Part shown: one piece after another, positions 38,915 through 51,225 of the stretch
Layout: every line of letters begins with the position of its first letter
How positions within the stretch are numbered: the first letter of the stretch is position 1
Origin: Siniperca chuatsi
Lineage: Eukaryota
Reading direction: 5' to 3'
DNA: 64,000 nucleotides
NCBI RefSeq assembly: GCF_020085105.1
Contig: NC_058053.1
Coordinates: 24,541,196 to 24,605,195, forward strand
Translations under genes and position numbers: made by a program
The notes under the pieces: model-generated
Told to the model about the DNA's origin: nothing
Databases searched by the model: none
The model's input: only the letters and a program-made list of their open reading frames with translations

Positions 38915-41765
38915 CATTGGCAATTTTTCCTCAGACGTTATTCCACAATGAATAGGCCATTTCAGAACATGCACTTTGTAAATATTATTATGTAGGGTAC
39001 ATCCAAAAAAGATGCCAAGCTTTTTGTAAAATATCGCTTTTTTTATATTTTACATCTTGCTTTGTTTTGTGTTGGCTTTACTTGATTGGAATCGGTGGTG
39101 ATTGTACTGGGGATCTTCAAAAACCAAGCAGCTGCCCCTCTAGTCCGTTATAGGGTGCAGCTGCTTGAAAACCTCTTCAGAAAAATCTGTCACAGTGAAT
39201 ATCTTTGATCTGATATCTTTGATCTCTGATCATGCGTTTTGAGAGTCTGCTGCTGAACAGCGTTGCACTGACAATCTTCCCACAAGATAGCCAGTCAATT
39301 AAATGGAACGCAGACTTTTACAACAATGATATCTTGGAACATCCCTGGTCCCCATGGTTTTTGGCATAACAAATTCATCAAGGCATTTATGGTCACTTGA
39401 GACAGCATCACAATATTGCTGCCAGTGGTCACACCTTGATCTGAGTGCTTTCTGAAGGCCTCAGTACATCCAACATCCGTCAGCATTCACCATCAGACTG
39501 TGACAGCACAGCAGTAATGGTGTAGTGTTTCTATTGTGAAGGTCACATACCAGTTTAAAGTGACAGGGGAAAGTGAGGGGCTTGTGTGTCATTCTGGGCC
39601 AATAGCAGTTTGACATCTGCTTCCCTTGACGTTCAATCACTGTGATTTTCTGTTTCCCACTCAGGCTCTGTGATTCTGCAGTCCAGCTCTGCTTAGGCAG
39701 GTGGGAAGTGATGAATGTGGCTCAGACTCAGGCAGGTGGAAAATGATGAATGGCAACAATCACGCCTGACCATCAGTGGAGGCTGCAAAAAGCAGCAACA
39801 CAAAGAAAATGATTACCAGAGGAGTTCTGTTAAATAAGTAACTCCTTTATGATATATATATATATATATTTATAACCATTTAATGGACTTGTCCCTTTGC
39901 CCTACCTATGTTGTTTCTTTGACTAGCAAGATCAACGTATAAGCAATGATTTGATGTTGAATGTTCAAATACATAAATTGAGGGATCATTTTAGTGGTTT
40001 TGGCCTAATGATTGTATATTTTACAGTGAAAAGCTGCATTAGAAAAAAAATGCAGCTGTTCTTTCAGTCAGAATCCCACATTATCACCCAGTCACATCAT
40101 GACATCCAATCACCACTAACTGAGATGCCATAGATTCCCTCCTTATACTCCTAATGAAATTCTAGCGTCTTTATGGACACTGACAGGAATTAAGGAAGTG
40201 ATGGTTTTAAACTAAATTCGCTCTGTCCAGAGAACAGTGAATTCACCACGATCTCTAGCCTCTCTCATTACAGCCAAGAATACCTAAGGAATCGTGATTG
40301 TGATATGTGCATTTTCCTGACAATGTCCTGGGGATTTGTAGTAATGCTGTTTTAAATTTAAAATACTTACTACAAAGTTCTTGAACACTTGAATCAAAAC
40401 TTTTGACTACAAAAAAACAAAACAAATCCTGCATACTATGAACTCATACGTGGGAGTTGAACCAGAACATTACAAATTAAATACATTCAAGAGCTCAATA
40501 GTGTGGGAAACTTAAAATGCTAAAAGTAGATTTTTTAGGCACCTTATAATTTGATAGGATACTGACAAGAGCCTTATTAGTAATAGAGCTGAAAATTTTT
40601 TTTCTGATAGTGACAGTATAGACTGAATCACTGTGACGTTGCGCTAACAACGACAGTCACTTCCGGCTAGACGATTGGCAGTTGATTTTAATTGCAGCAA
40701 TATGTAAAATCTGTAAATTTGTTGATTTCTGTTGTCATTTCTAGCCGTAACTGTAACGCTTAAAGATATATATTAAACACGATGATGAATTGTGAATTAA
40801 TTAAATTGTATGTAAAAACCATATGTGACGCAGGGGTTTTCTACCCGCAAATTATTGTAAACAAACATTGTGATTTGGTCTATAGGAAAGGCCATTTGGT
40901 CAAATTCATTTTATCCTGAGGGTGGCGCACCAGAGAAAATGGAGCTAATCCAGTCTTTGCTGGATCTCTATCATTTTAGCCAGATGGTGCCACTGCAGAA
41001 AGATCCAGGTGACACCAAGATCATTAGGGTCCATTCTCTAGGTGACAAATATTCACAGCAGATGTCATAGAAACCTGGCTTGTGGTTTAGTAGATACCTT
41101 GCTGTGAACCAAAGACAGAAATTTTGGCTAGATGACAATCTGTGTAGCAGTGGTTGAGATATCTCGCTCTCAACCAAAGTGTTCCTTGAGCCCTGGGAAA
41201 AATTCTATTGCTATTTCAAGCCAGCAACATGCAAATTTGTCTTCTAAAGCTTTAAGCCTTATTACAGATTGCAGAGCCCTCCTCAAGCAGCTTTGGAGCC
41301 TCTTGAAAAAGAGCAATCTGAAAAAGTGAAGTGTGATTATCTCGTCTAGCTACTGCTTAAAATTCCACAGTATGGTCTCAATCTTCACCAACCTGAGATT
41401 CATGCTTGCAGCTGGAGAACTGACAGGACTCAGCTAGCCATATTTGTCTGGTATGCAAAGCGATGATTTAATTCCAAGGCTTATATTTTCAAGATTTTAC
41501 ACAGTCAGATAGGTAGTGCATAACAGTACTTCATTTCTATAAAAAAATAGTAAAAGAATTCATGTGGTAAGGAAGAGTGGTGCAAATTACTGTGTAAGAG
41601 CCAATTGAAAACTCTCACAAATGGTGCCTTTGAGGGACCAGGTAATTAAACACTGAACCTGAGGAAACATGCAAATATTAATCCTAATTATCATCTAAGA
41701 GTTATAATCAATACTGAATAAATGACAAATTAGGCCCCCAAATTAACTGAAATATTTCTGGATTC

Positions 41766-41766
<1 letters not shown>

Positions 41767-41809
<43 letters not shown>

Positions 41810-41810
41810 C
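41767..41810. repeat. (GATA)n microsatellite
   Basis: Direct reading, 11 units. Confidence 0.98.
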
Positions 41811-42714
41811 AGCAATCCTATCTAACTCCTAGAAATTATGTTTATATATTATAAATTTGCAAATACATTGATAATACACAACACAGTGAGAGAAACGTCA
41901 TCCCACCTGAATTCTGTTTTTTATTAATATAATGAGAAAACTTTTTTTTACTGAACTTATCTGCAAAATCTTCACTTACAGTATATTTAATTTTTTCAAC
42001 AATATTCGCTCATAGCACCTAAATATGAACACCTTTTTGTATGGATTGCACTTAAAGCACTTGATTAAGTTTAAGGAGATTAACCTGCGGCCTTGCACTA
42101 AAAAGATTCACATTCAACCATTCAACCATCCGCCTCAACCAGCTTCCAGCAACCAGCATGTAATACAAAAACATAACACTTCCTTCACTCAAAAAACATT
42201 GCCACTGAATGACAAAGAGAAAAAGGGAAAGAGAAGGAAATAAATAAATAAAAAGGAAGACCAGCTACAGGACTTTAAGTTAGGCACATGATTGGGCCCA
42301 AGGTGAATTTTTAAAGGACCCTTAATTGCCATGTGCTTGTTTGGTTAAGCTTGATCCTGTGCTGAATCATTTAGTGTCACTAGCTATGAGTGAACGCCTC
42401 CATATTCAGTGCCGAGTTGTGCGTGCAGCAAATTGTAAGTGCCTCTACCTCTTTCATCTTTTAGTTTTGTTCAGTACGGCTAATTTGTTTATTTTGATTC
42501 ATGCTGTTAGCAATGATGATAGCAATTGCCATGCTAGTTCGATGTGTTTGTCACTTCAATATTTATTTGTCAGCCCTTATGCTTATGGGCCCTTTAAGTT
42601 TAACAAAACATAGACCAGACTAGTGATTCAAATATTACAAAATAATAGTCTCTTTTATTTGTAAGTTGCTGCAAATACATTTTTGGTAGCTGTTATTTAA
42701 GCTATAGGGGGCTG

Positions 42715-43640
42715 TGGCTCAGCAAGTTGAACAAGTCACTCGAACAGTTTGTGGACTAGTGTGATGCTCACCACCTTATTGTGAATGTGAAGAAAACTGA
42801 GGAGATGATATTCAATCCAAACTAAATTTATGACCATCCAGCAATCATTCACAACGTACCCATAAATCAGGTTTCTTCATATCGAAATCTCGACAGCTCG
42901 CTTACATGGCATGCACATGTTGAAAACCTTTGTTCTTGGCTACAACAGAGGATGTATTTTTTTAAGAAGGCTTAGACTCTGTGGTGTAAATAGTAAACTC
43001 ATGATTTTATTATTTTTTTAATGAAACGATTTTAGAGAGTGTAATTTGATATGGCATACAAGTATGGTATGGTAACCTGTCAGCACAGTTCTTGCACGTC
43101 TTACTGAAATGGCCATGAAGATCCTAGGGAAAAAAGAACATCACTATCTTCAGCCTTCATATGAAACATCTGCGTTCAGGGAGGCACAGAAGAATCTGAA
43201 CAACCCTACACACATTCTAAACCCAGAAGTATTGCCTTTGGGCCGACGGTTCAGAATGCCAAATTGCAGGCTAAACATTTCATTCATTCATTCCATCCTC
43301 CATCAAAATATTAAATAGCAACAAGTAGGAGTATTATATGATTTCTTTTGGGGACTAAGATATTGCGATCTGAATATTTATTATCTAGTTTGACTATACC
43401 TGGTTTTATTATTTGAAACTATTGCCTTTTATTACCTTGTATTAGTTTAAAGAACTACTGTCTCACACTCAACATGTGAATTTAAGCATGTTTATGCATG
43501 AGTGTATGTATGTATGATCTATGTTCTACGCATGTATGTGCATTTTTTGTGTTGGCAAGTGTGTTGTGTGAAGCAGCAGCTTGGAGCCCAAGACAAATTT
43601 CCCTGCGGGGCAATAAAGTACATCTTATCTTATTCTCCTG
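42715..43640 (+). mobile_element. Rex1/Babar-like (CR1-clade) LINE, 5'-truncated 3' portion (RT C-terminus to 3'UTR)
   Basis: Translations with frameshifts: ...WCDAHHLIVNVKKTEEMIFN..., ...MAMKILGKKEHHYLQPSYETSAFREAQKNLNNPTHILNPEVLPLGRRFRMPNCRLN... (Rex1-type LPSGRRYR motif). Tail ggggcaataaagtacatcttatctt. Confidence 0.75.
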
Positions 43641-43721
43641 TTCACGACAATACCTTGCATGGTGGCTTGCTGCCATCTGTGTGAGAGTGTATGCATTTAT
43701 CTATTAGGCTACATGCTAATG

Positions 43722-45720
43722 GTATATAATAATAATATAATAATAATAAAACTTTATTTATAGAGCACTTATCAAAACAAAGTACAAAGTGCTTCACAAC
43801 AAGAGAAATAAAATACCACAGTGAATGATGAAATATAAAGAAATAAAATACATAAAATACACAAAAGCAATAAAATAAACAGCCAGTTCAGGTCAAATCA
43901 GGATATGCTTGGCAATAAAAATGTTTTTTGAGAAGAGACTTAAACAAAGACACTGACTCAGACAACCTAATTTCTTTGGGCAAGTTGTTCCAGAGCCTCG
44001 GGGCCATGATAGCAAAAGCTCTGTCCCCCTTAGTTTTCATCCAGGACTCAGGAACAGATAGGAGACCCCTGCCCGAAGATCTCAAACTACGTGAAGGTTC
44101 ATAAGGGATTAAAAGGTCTAAAATATAGTCTGGAGCCAGGCCATGAAGGGCCTTAAAAGTAATCAACAAGCTCTTAAAATGAATCCTCAAACCAACAGGG
44201 AGCCAATGTAAAGAGGCTAAAACAGGAGTTATGTGGTCGTACTTCTTGGTCCAGGTTAACAGCCGAGCAGCTGGGTTTTGTACAGTCTGCAGTCGTGTCA
44301 AAGTTTTTTGATTAAGACAAGTGAACAGGCTGTTACAATAATCAAGGCGTGAGGAGATAAAAGCATGTACATGCAGTTTCTGCATCACTAAGATTTAAAA
44401 TAGATGGGATTTTTTCAATGTTTCTGAGGTGATAAAAACACGATTGGACAAGCTTAGTGATGTTGCGCAAAACATAAATTGTTATCAAACAGGACACCAA
44501 GATTTCTTGCAACAGGCTTGATATGTTGTGACAGGTTACCAGTAGATGGCAGTGTTTGTTTAGTGATGTGTTGGGGCCCAATAACAAGGATTTCAGTTTT
44601 ATTTGAGTTGAGCTGAAGAAAATTTATCGACATCCAATTTTTTATGTCAGACAGGCAGTCCTGCAGAGAACTCAGCGTACTAAGGTCAGTGGGCTTGACA
44701 GGGAGGTACAACTGTGTGTCATACGCATAACAATGAAAAGAAATACCATGTCTGCGGATTACATCACCCAAAGGAAGCATGTAAAAGGAGAACAGTATTG
44801 GTCCCAGAATTGAACCTTGAGGCACACCGTACTTGATATGGGAAAAGGATCACATGAAGTTATTAATGCTGACACAGAATTTCCTATTGGACAGATAAGA
44901 TGAGAACCAGTCTAGTGCAGTGCCAGATATGCCCACCCAGTGCCTCAGTCTATCTAAAAGAATGCCATGCTCAATTGTGTCAAAGGCAGCACTTAAGTCC
45001 AATAGCACAAGAATTGAACACATGCCTGCATCTGCATTCATTAAAAGGTCATTGGTGACTTTGAGAAGGGCTGTCTCAGTGCTGTGGTGTTGACGAAAGC
45101 CAGATTGGAACTTTTCAAAGGTATTATTGTTTTCCACAGCAGCAAGAAGCTGCTTAGATACAAGTTTTTCGAGAATCTTCCAAATAAAAGGCAATTTGGA
45201 GATTGGGCGATAGTTATCCAAGAGGGTGGGATCAAGCCCAGGTTTTTTTAGGACTGGCTGGACACAAGCTGTTTTAAAGTAATCAGGGACGCAGCCAGTA
45301 GACAGTGAGCTGTTCAAAAAATAATTTGTAAAAGGGGCGCAATACAATCTATAACTTCCAATAAAAACCTAGTTGGGATTTTGTCCAGAGGACTGGCGGA
45401 TACTCTCATAAGCTACATGATGTCTGTGTGTTCAGGCAGCATAACAGCAGAAAAATTGCTCAAAGAATCCCCGAGCGGGTGATCCACATCTAAAAAGACA
45501 TGGTTGGGGGTGACATCAGATCTTATTAACTCCACCTTTCCAGCAAAGTGCAAAACAAACTTTTCACAGTCAGCATCACAATCAGCAGGGGCACAAGGAG
45601 AGGCAGGGTTAACTCACTGATCCACAGTCTTAAATAGGAATCTGGGGTTGTGCTGATGGGCAGAAGTAAGTGCAGAGAAATTACATATTCTTGCATCCTT
45701 CACCATCCTATTATAAAGGC
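43722..45720 (-). mobile_element. L2/CR1-type LINE, ~2 kb 5'-truncated copy (RT domain to 3'UTR) with frameshifts; master-like copy of the family seen at 3161, 22700, 57984 and 63360
   Basis: Minus-strand ORFs 44850-45347 (..NYRPISKLPF..FQSGFRQHHSTETALLKV..LLDLSAAFDTIEH..), 44454-44825 ([20 protein letters not shown]...[10 protein letters not shown]) and 43888-44388 (..NPAARLLTWTKKYDHITPVLASLHWLPV..). The 3'UTR ends in a (TAA)n tail at ~43722-43748. Confidence 0.88.
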
Positions 45721-47629
45721 GTAATAACTCTTTCATATGCTAAAGGAAGGTACATTATAGATTTGACCCAGGGTTGTTGGCAACCAACAACAACATGTAT
45801 TTACCGGGTGTCTTAGGTATTTTTAAGCCTTTTGCGTTGGTGATGACAGGTGGTCTAAACAGAACTAAAACATAAGCGTAATTTCATTGCATTGCAACTG
45901 TGTTTGTGCTACAGCTGACAATACACTGGCATAAAATAGGGCCCAAAAGGTTTCAGTTTTACTTACATCTATCCATCTGTTTCGCCTCTCTGAAATTTCC
46001 AAAACCCTCTGCTTGTTGATGTAGACGTTTCTATTTTTGTTTGTTTATGTCTATTTTTTTTTCAAGAAGCTCAGCCACACTGCATAAGGAGGTAAGTCTT
46101 GATTAATCTTTGAGTTGCAATGTTTTTAACAAATGGAACGACATTTACTGTTTGAATAAACATAAGTGTAATACCACAGTCTAATCAGAACATTTTAACA
46201 ACTGCCTACAAAATGAGCTAAATGAGACCAAACCGTTGTATATCACACAAGAACATAACTGCTGGACTGCTGCTAGGATTGGTCTTAACATGTTTTGTGT
46301 ATGGGATATGAGGGATTCTCTTTTATGAACCAATTATAAGAAATGGAATAAAACATTCCTGAATTAGGCCTGTGGTCCCACAGGTTCAGAAAATACATTT
46401 CAGAGGGAAAAACGCCTTCACTCTACTGAATGACTTAAAGCAAACACAGCAACTACAGTAATGTTGCAGCAGATTTTGCCTCGCTGTATACCAGCACTGT
46501 AGGATTGCTGTTTCTTGCTAAAATGCTATTACATTTTGTGCTCAGGTAATGCAACTTTCAGTGCTAAGCTCAGGTTTGGTGTGCTATATGATATGATATG
46601 ATACATGAGCTGAGTAGCCTGGCTGGTTTTGGAGGTTATTGGAGTTTCAGCTCTAATGATACCCTGTTCTCATTGTACTCTTAGATATGCAGCACTCAGA
46701 GATTGAAACCGAGAGTCTTACAATCTACCAGCTTTGCAACTTTTTAATAACATTTCCTACTCTGCAAGATGTGCAGTATTGGACAATGTACCACTTGCTT
46801 TATCCATAAGAGGATGATTAAAACCTGCTGCCAGGAGCTGATAGCATTAGCCAGTCACCACTATGATAAATGACCTTCGCATCTATCAACGTTATTGTCA
46901 AAAAATGAGAAATTATTTAGTAATGATGTGATTACCAAGGCTGAGAGAGAAGAATGAGACAATGCAGGAGGACATCAGAGGGCTTCATTAGCATCATTAG
47001 CAGAGATCACTCTTGAAGGTCATTGTTTGAACATTGTATCTACAATTCAGAATAGCCAGATTTGTTCATGTTGACCTTCCCTTCATCATCTTCACACCAC
47101 TAATCACACTGATCTAAAATGTTGCACAGTGAACTGTGTCTCAGAAAGTACTGACAGTTTAGCGTGCTTTACTGATGATCCTCTCGTCACACATTGCAGG
47201 GTTGACTTGAAAATGCCAGATTGGGTTGTAAGGATGAACAAGCTGTGACCTTTGGTGCAACACTTCAATTTCAGATAAGCGTTTCTTACAATGCAACTGT
47301 GATGAATGGCCATCTGCCATTTAAAGGAAATATTTCCATGCATGTAATATTGTAAGAAATGAGAATAGTATCAAAGCTGGTGTGACTGCTGTTTACCTCT
47401 TCTGTGGGTGTTTCTTTATGTTAACAATAAGTGATCACATCAAAAGCAGTGGGACATATAGTCTTATACTTAACAGTATTAATAGTTCAATACATCAATT
47501 ATTTTTCAATTTTTCTTAAACGGACAATCCACCAGTTATTCCTGCTTTTTGCAGTGAGTGACCTGGTGTGCAAAAGTTAGAAAATAGGTGAAACTCCAAG
47601 TGCTCTATCCATTCCATCGTGTTTATCCC

Positions 47630-48480
47630 GTGCAGGATTGCAGGAGGCTGGAGCTTATCCCAGCTCATGCCCAGCTTGGGCTAGAGGCTGGGTACACCCT
47701 GGACAAATTGCTGGTCTATCACAAGGCTGACACATGTATTAGGCCTTTTCCACTACTGGAACTTAATGACCCCTTAACTTAAGGTGTAGCCATTGTCACA
47801 GGTTCTGCTTTTGTTTCCACTGTACTCCCCCTGCTGGGGGGCAAGTTCCTGACCCTAAATTTCAGCACTGCTCAGGAGGCGGTACTAAACGAGGGCAACA
47901 GCTGGTTTGAAACACTGCAAACACCACAATTAATAACGTAGGATGTGTTTAGATAAGCACTGCAAAGAAATGGGTTACCCAACATGTGTTTTACTGCAAT
48001 TTTGTCCATTGTTGTCTCTCCTACAACTGCACTGCACTTCATCAAGCAGCACATAAAAAAGTCAGAATTAAGTCAAGTCTAAGTCAGAATGCAAGCTAAA
48101 AAACACTTTGTGTTTCACAGTGCAATGCATTAAGGGAATGGGGGAGCTGCTCACAGCTGCAACAAATTCAAGCTGCAGATGGGGGTGAAACACCTACTGA
48201 AAATTCCTTGATCATTTCCTGTTATTACAAAACAGTAAAGTATGTTGAATCTTTTTGTATACAAACTGCAACAGTATACTATGGCTATATAGTACATAGT
48301 GTGTACAGTTAATAAGTAGTATGGTACTGGGATACAGATATAATTTAGAGCCACAAGTTAACCTAACTGGCATGACTTTAGAGGATAGGAGGAAATTCAC
48401 ACAGCTGTCCACTTCTGGATTTGGACCCAAGACCTTCTTAATGTGAGGTGACACTGCAAACCACCGAAACACTGTGACAT
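47630..48480 (-). mobile_element. tRNA-derived teleost SINE (reverse orientation) split by a ~0.6 kb internal insertion: 3' half at 47630-47745, 5' half at 48335-48480
   Basis: Plus-strand blocks ggaggctggagcttatcccagctcatgcccagcttgggctagaggctgggtacaccctggacaaattgctggtctatcacaaggctgacacat and taatttagagccacaagttaacctaactggcatgactttagagg...cttctggatttggacccaagaccttcttaatgtgaggtgacactgcaaaccac. Both match the reverse complement of a very abundant percomorph SINE (head ..gtggttagcactgtcgcctcacagcaagaaggtcctgggttcgaatcc.., tail ..gggtgtaccccgcctctcgcccatagtcagctgggataggctccagc..) that I recall. Confidence 0.65.
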
Positions 48481-49034
48481 GCACTTAGGCACACTACACC
48501 TAATTCATATGAAACAAGTTTATAAAGTTCCTTCGAAAGAAAAATTTAATGGCTCAAGAACTTGAGAAAACAGTATGTCTAAATATACTGCAATCTTGTT
48601 TGTAACAGTGTTGTGTAAGTTCACTCTTCACAAGAGCTAGTTCAAAGTTCAGTTCACACAGATTAAAATAACAAAATTTGCAGTACCCAAAAATGAACTA
48701 GTTCTTGTTTTTTTTTTCCTTTACGAACTTTGCGGCTGTTGTCTCATCTTACCCTTTGTTAATGATTTCTTGTGATCATCATTCACTCGCAGATATTTTC
48801 CAAGACTGGTCGAATGCTTCAGCTCGATGTGTCGTTTCAAATATCTGTGATCCATCAGATTCTGTGACCCAAAACACCAGCATGCGGGGTGTTGTAATTA
48901 TTGGCAGAATATGGCAAAAATGGAATATAATATTCATGTGTATGTTTTCATTAGTGTATAGTAACCTGAAAATAAGAATCGTTCTATTTTTGTTACCTTA
49001 GAATAAGCCGTTTGAATCTACAGAGGGAGTGGTT

Positions 49035-49125
49035 TTGCGAATACTATATGGCGAAGGCATGACCTGATCAGAGACAGAGTAGGGCAGGTCATGCCTTCGC
49101 CATTGTAGGATTCGCAAATTTGCGA
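49035..49125. other. Strong hairpin: perfect 19-bp stem (atggcgaaggcatgacctg / caggtcatgccttcgccat) with an 18-nt loop, extendable to ~32 bp with 3 mismatches; it overlaps a perfect 14-bp palindrome tcgcaaatttgcga
   Basis: Direct reading of both arms (49035-49066 and 49085-49117) and of the palindrome at 49112-49125. Confidence 0.6.
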
Positions 49126-49758
49126 GCGGGTCCTCTTCCACGGAGTCCGCCATGTTGCACTGCCATACAGTAGCCCAGAATGGACAAACTCTCAACTTTT
49201 GCGGCCACCGTAGGTTCTCCTACACGCTTGGAAGTGGAGGGTGATGCGAGCGGTATTCAGGTGTGTAAGCAATGGAGGAAATGACAATAAACAATAGTTC
49301 ACGTTCTAACTTTGTATATTAAAAAGTTAAATAAATAATCACATCTACAGTATGCATGGTTAAATTAAGCCCTCATGGTTAAACACCTAATTTCTCACAT
49401 TTATGTAGTCGGATAGTGTTTGAAATGAAAGCCTATTTTACTGTAATGACTGTCTGTGTTCACGTAATGACCAAACAAAGTCAGTCATATTGCCACTGTA
49501 CTCTGACAAACAACCACTGAGAAAAAGTATGGGAGTGCAGAGCTCCACTGGCTGATGGGAGCATGCAGTCAGACTGTAAGCAGATGTAGCTGTATGTTGT
49601 TGTGTAAACACTGGATTTCTATTTCACAGATAGACTGACAATATTTCAGTTTTAATTGTTATTCACAGAAGCTGAAGTGATTTCGCTGTTAACATGATGT
49701 ACAACTTCCTTCTTAGGAGCTAATTCAGGCTATGATTGAATCTCTCAGTCCCTGTCTG

Positions 49759-49775
49759 TGTGTGTGTGTGTGTAT
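49759..49775. repeat. (TG)n short microsatellite
   Basis: Direct reading. Confidence 0.9.
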
Positions 49776-50745
49776 ACACCTATCTGTGTTTGCATTTTCT
49801 TTGCTTTACTTATTCTTCATTTTTTGTTTTGTTTTCCTCACAATACCTGCAGCTATGTAGCAGTTATGTTGACTGCCAATGTAAAGCAATGTGCTCCACT
49901 GAGAAGGAAAAACTATGAATTTGAAAAATTGGGTCTTTATCTTGGGAGACCAGACAAAGAAGCAAGCTCAGCTTCGTTCATATTGACACACTCTCCCTAT
50001 AAACAGAGCGAATTCATAGTAATGGCTTCCTGAGGGACAGATAGGAAACAGATCCTACGGAGGTAGATAGTCCTCCTCTCACAAGTCCCATCTTCTTGTA
50101 AATTTGCAACAGTCTCAGTGGGGTGATAAAACAGATTCACAATTTACAAGCTGTGGGACAGCAACAACACACATATGAGTTATTACCATGAGCTCAAAAT
50201 TGGAGCAGGAGTCATGTTTTATGCAAACAACTAAAATATCCCAGTCTACTTCCAGTATCATTAATATCTGACAATTCAAAGATACTTTATTGTTTGAGGA
50301 AATAACACTGAAAAAACGAAGCCTATTATACTGTCTAAAGAAGTCTAAATAAAGAAATACTGTTGATATCAGAGCTTTACTGGTTGTAAATAGGCATAAA
50401 CTGTGTCCTAAAGGTAGCACTAGAGGAAAGGCAATGGGATCATTAAGATAAAAAAAAAGGGTTTTCCCCCTTCAGAGCATAAATGTGCTTATCGAACTTC
50501 ACAGCACACTTCATTGAAGACGCTACAGACGAAGCCCCTGTGGCTACCATATTTCATCCAACAAGTTGCAGTGAGAGATAACAGCTGAGAGACAAGCTTT
50601 CAATTCTTTCTTTTTTTTAATAAAGAAAATATCTTTTATTAAAAAAACGGGCTTATGGCAGATCATTAAAAAATAAACATTATTATAAAACAGTGTTTAA
50701 TCAACTCTGATGTGGAAAAAGCATCAACTTCAGTTCTTTTTAAGT

Positions 50746-51225
50746 GCAACCCTGTCTCCTAGAAATTACTAATATTACTAAATTTTTCTCCCAATAACCC
50801 TGTGGTGACAAACGTAATATTTGGCTGGATTATGTTCAGAGGAAATGTTTTTTTGAGTGAATAAAGCAAAGCGCTACATTTATGTACTACACTGTAATAG
50901 AAGGAAGGTGGTTGTGGGCGGGGATAAAGCGCAGGACTTTGACACCACAGAACAGGGTGGGCAACCTGAGTCCTATCTGGTTTAGACAACAAAAAGATCT
51001 TTGGTGAAGGTTAGTGAAAGAGTGGATATTTTGCCAAAAAACGAATAATATTCAGTATGTTGTCAGTGAACATTTTACTGTTTAAGTTGCCAGATACGTT
51101 AACTAACAACATTTCCTCATTATGTAAATAGAAAACCTAATTGGTCGGCATAACATTTTCTTTAAAACATTTGCTGCTGCAGGTTAGTTATATCAAAACA
51201 TAATTTCTAGCAGACAGGGTTGTTC
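50746..51225. mobile_element. MITE family A copy with both TIRs (gcaaccctgtctcctagaaat / atttctagcagacagggttgttc), internally deleted relative to A1
   Basis: The TIRs are read directly. The subterminal sequences (..ttactaaattttt ctcccaat.. left; ..tcagtgaacatt...caacatttcctcattatgt aaatag.. right) match A1. Confidence 0.6.

Noticed and set aside
42707-42730. ggggctgtggctcagc, a tRNA/SINE-head-like start
   Set aside because: It continues directly in frame into the Rex1-like RT coding sequence (..LEQFVDWCDAHHL..), so it is most likely coincidental.
43888-45347. Minus-strand ORFs of 166, 123 and 165 aa
   Set aside because: They are frameshifted pieces of one LINE ORF2 (RT and C-terminus), not host genes; they are annotated as a mobile element.
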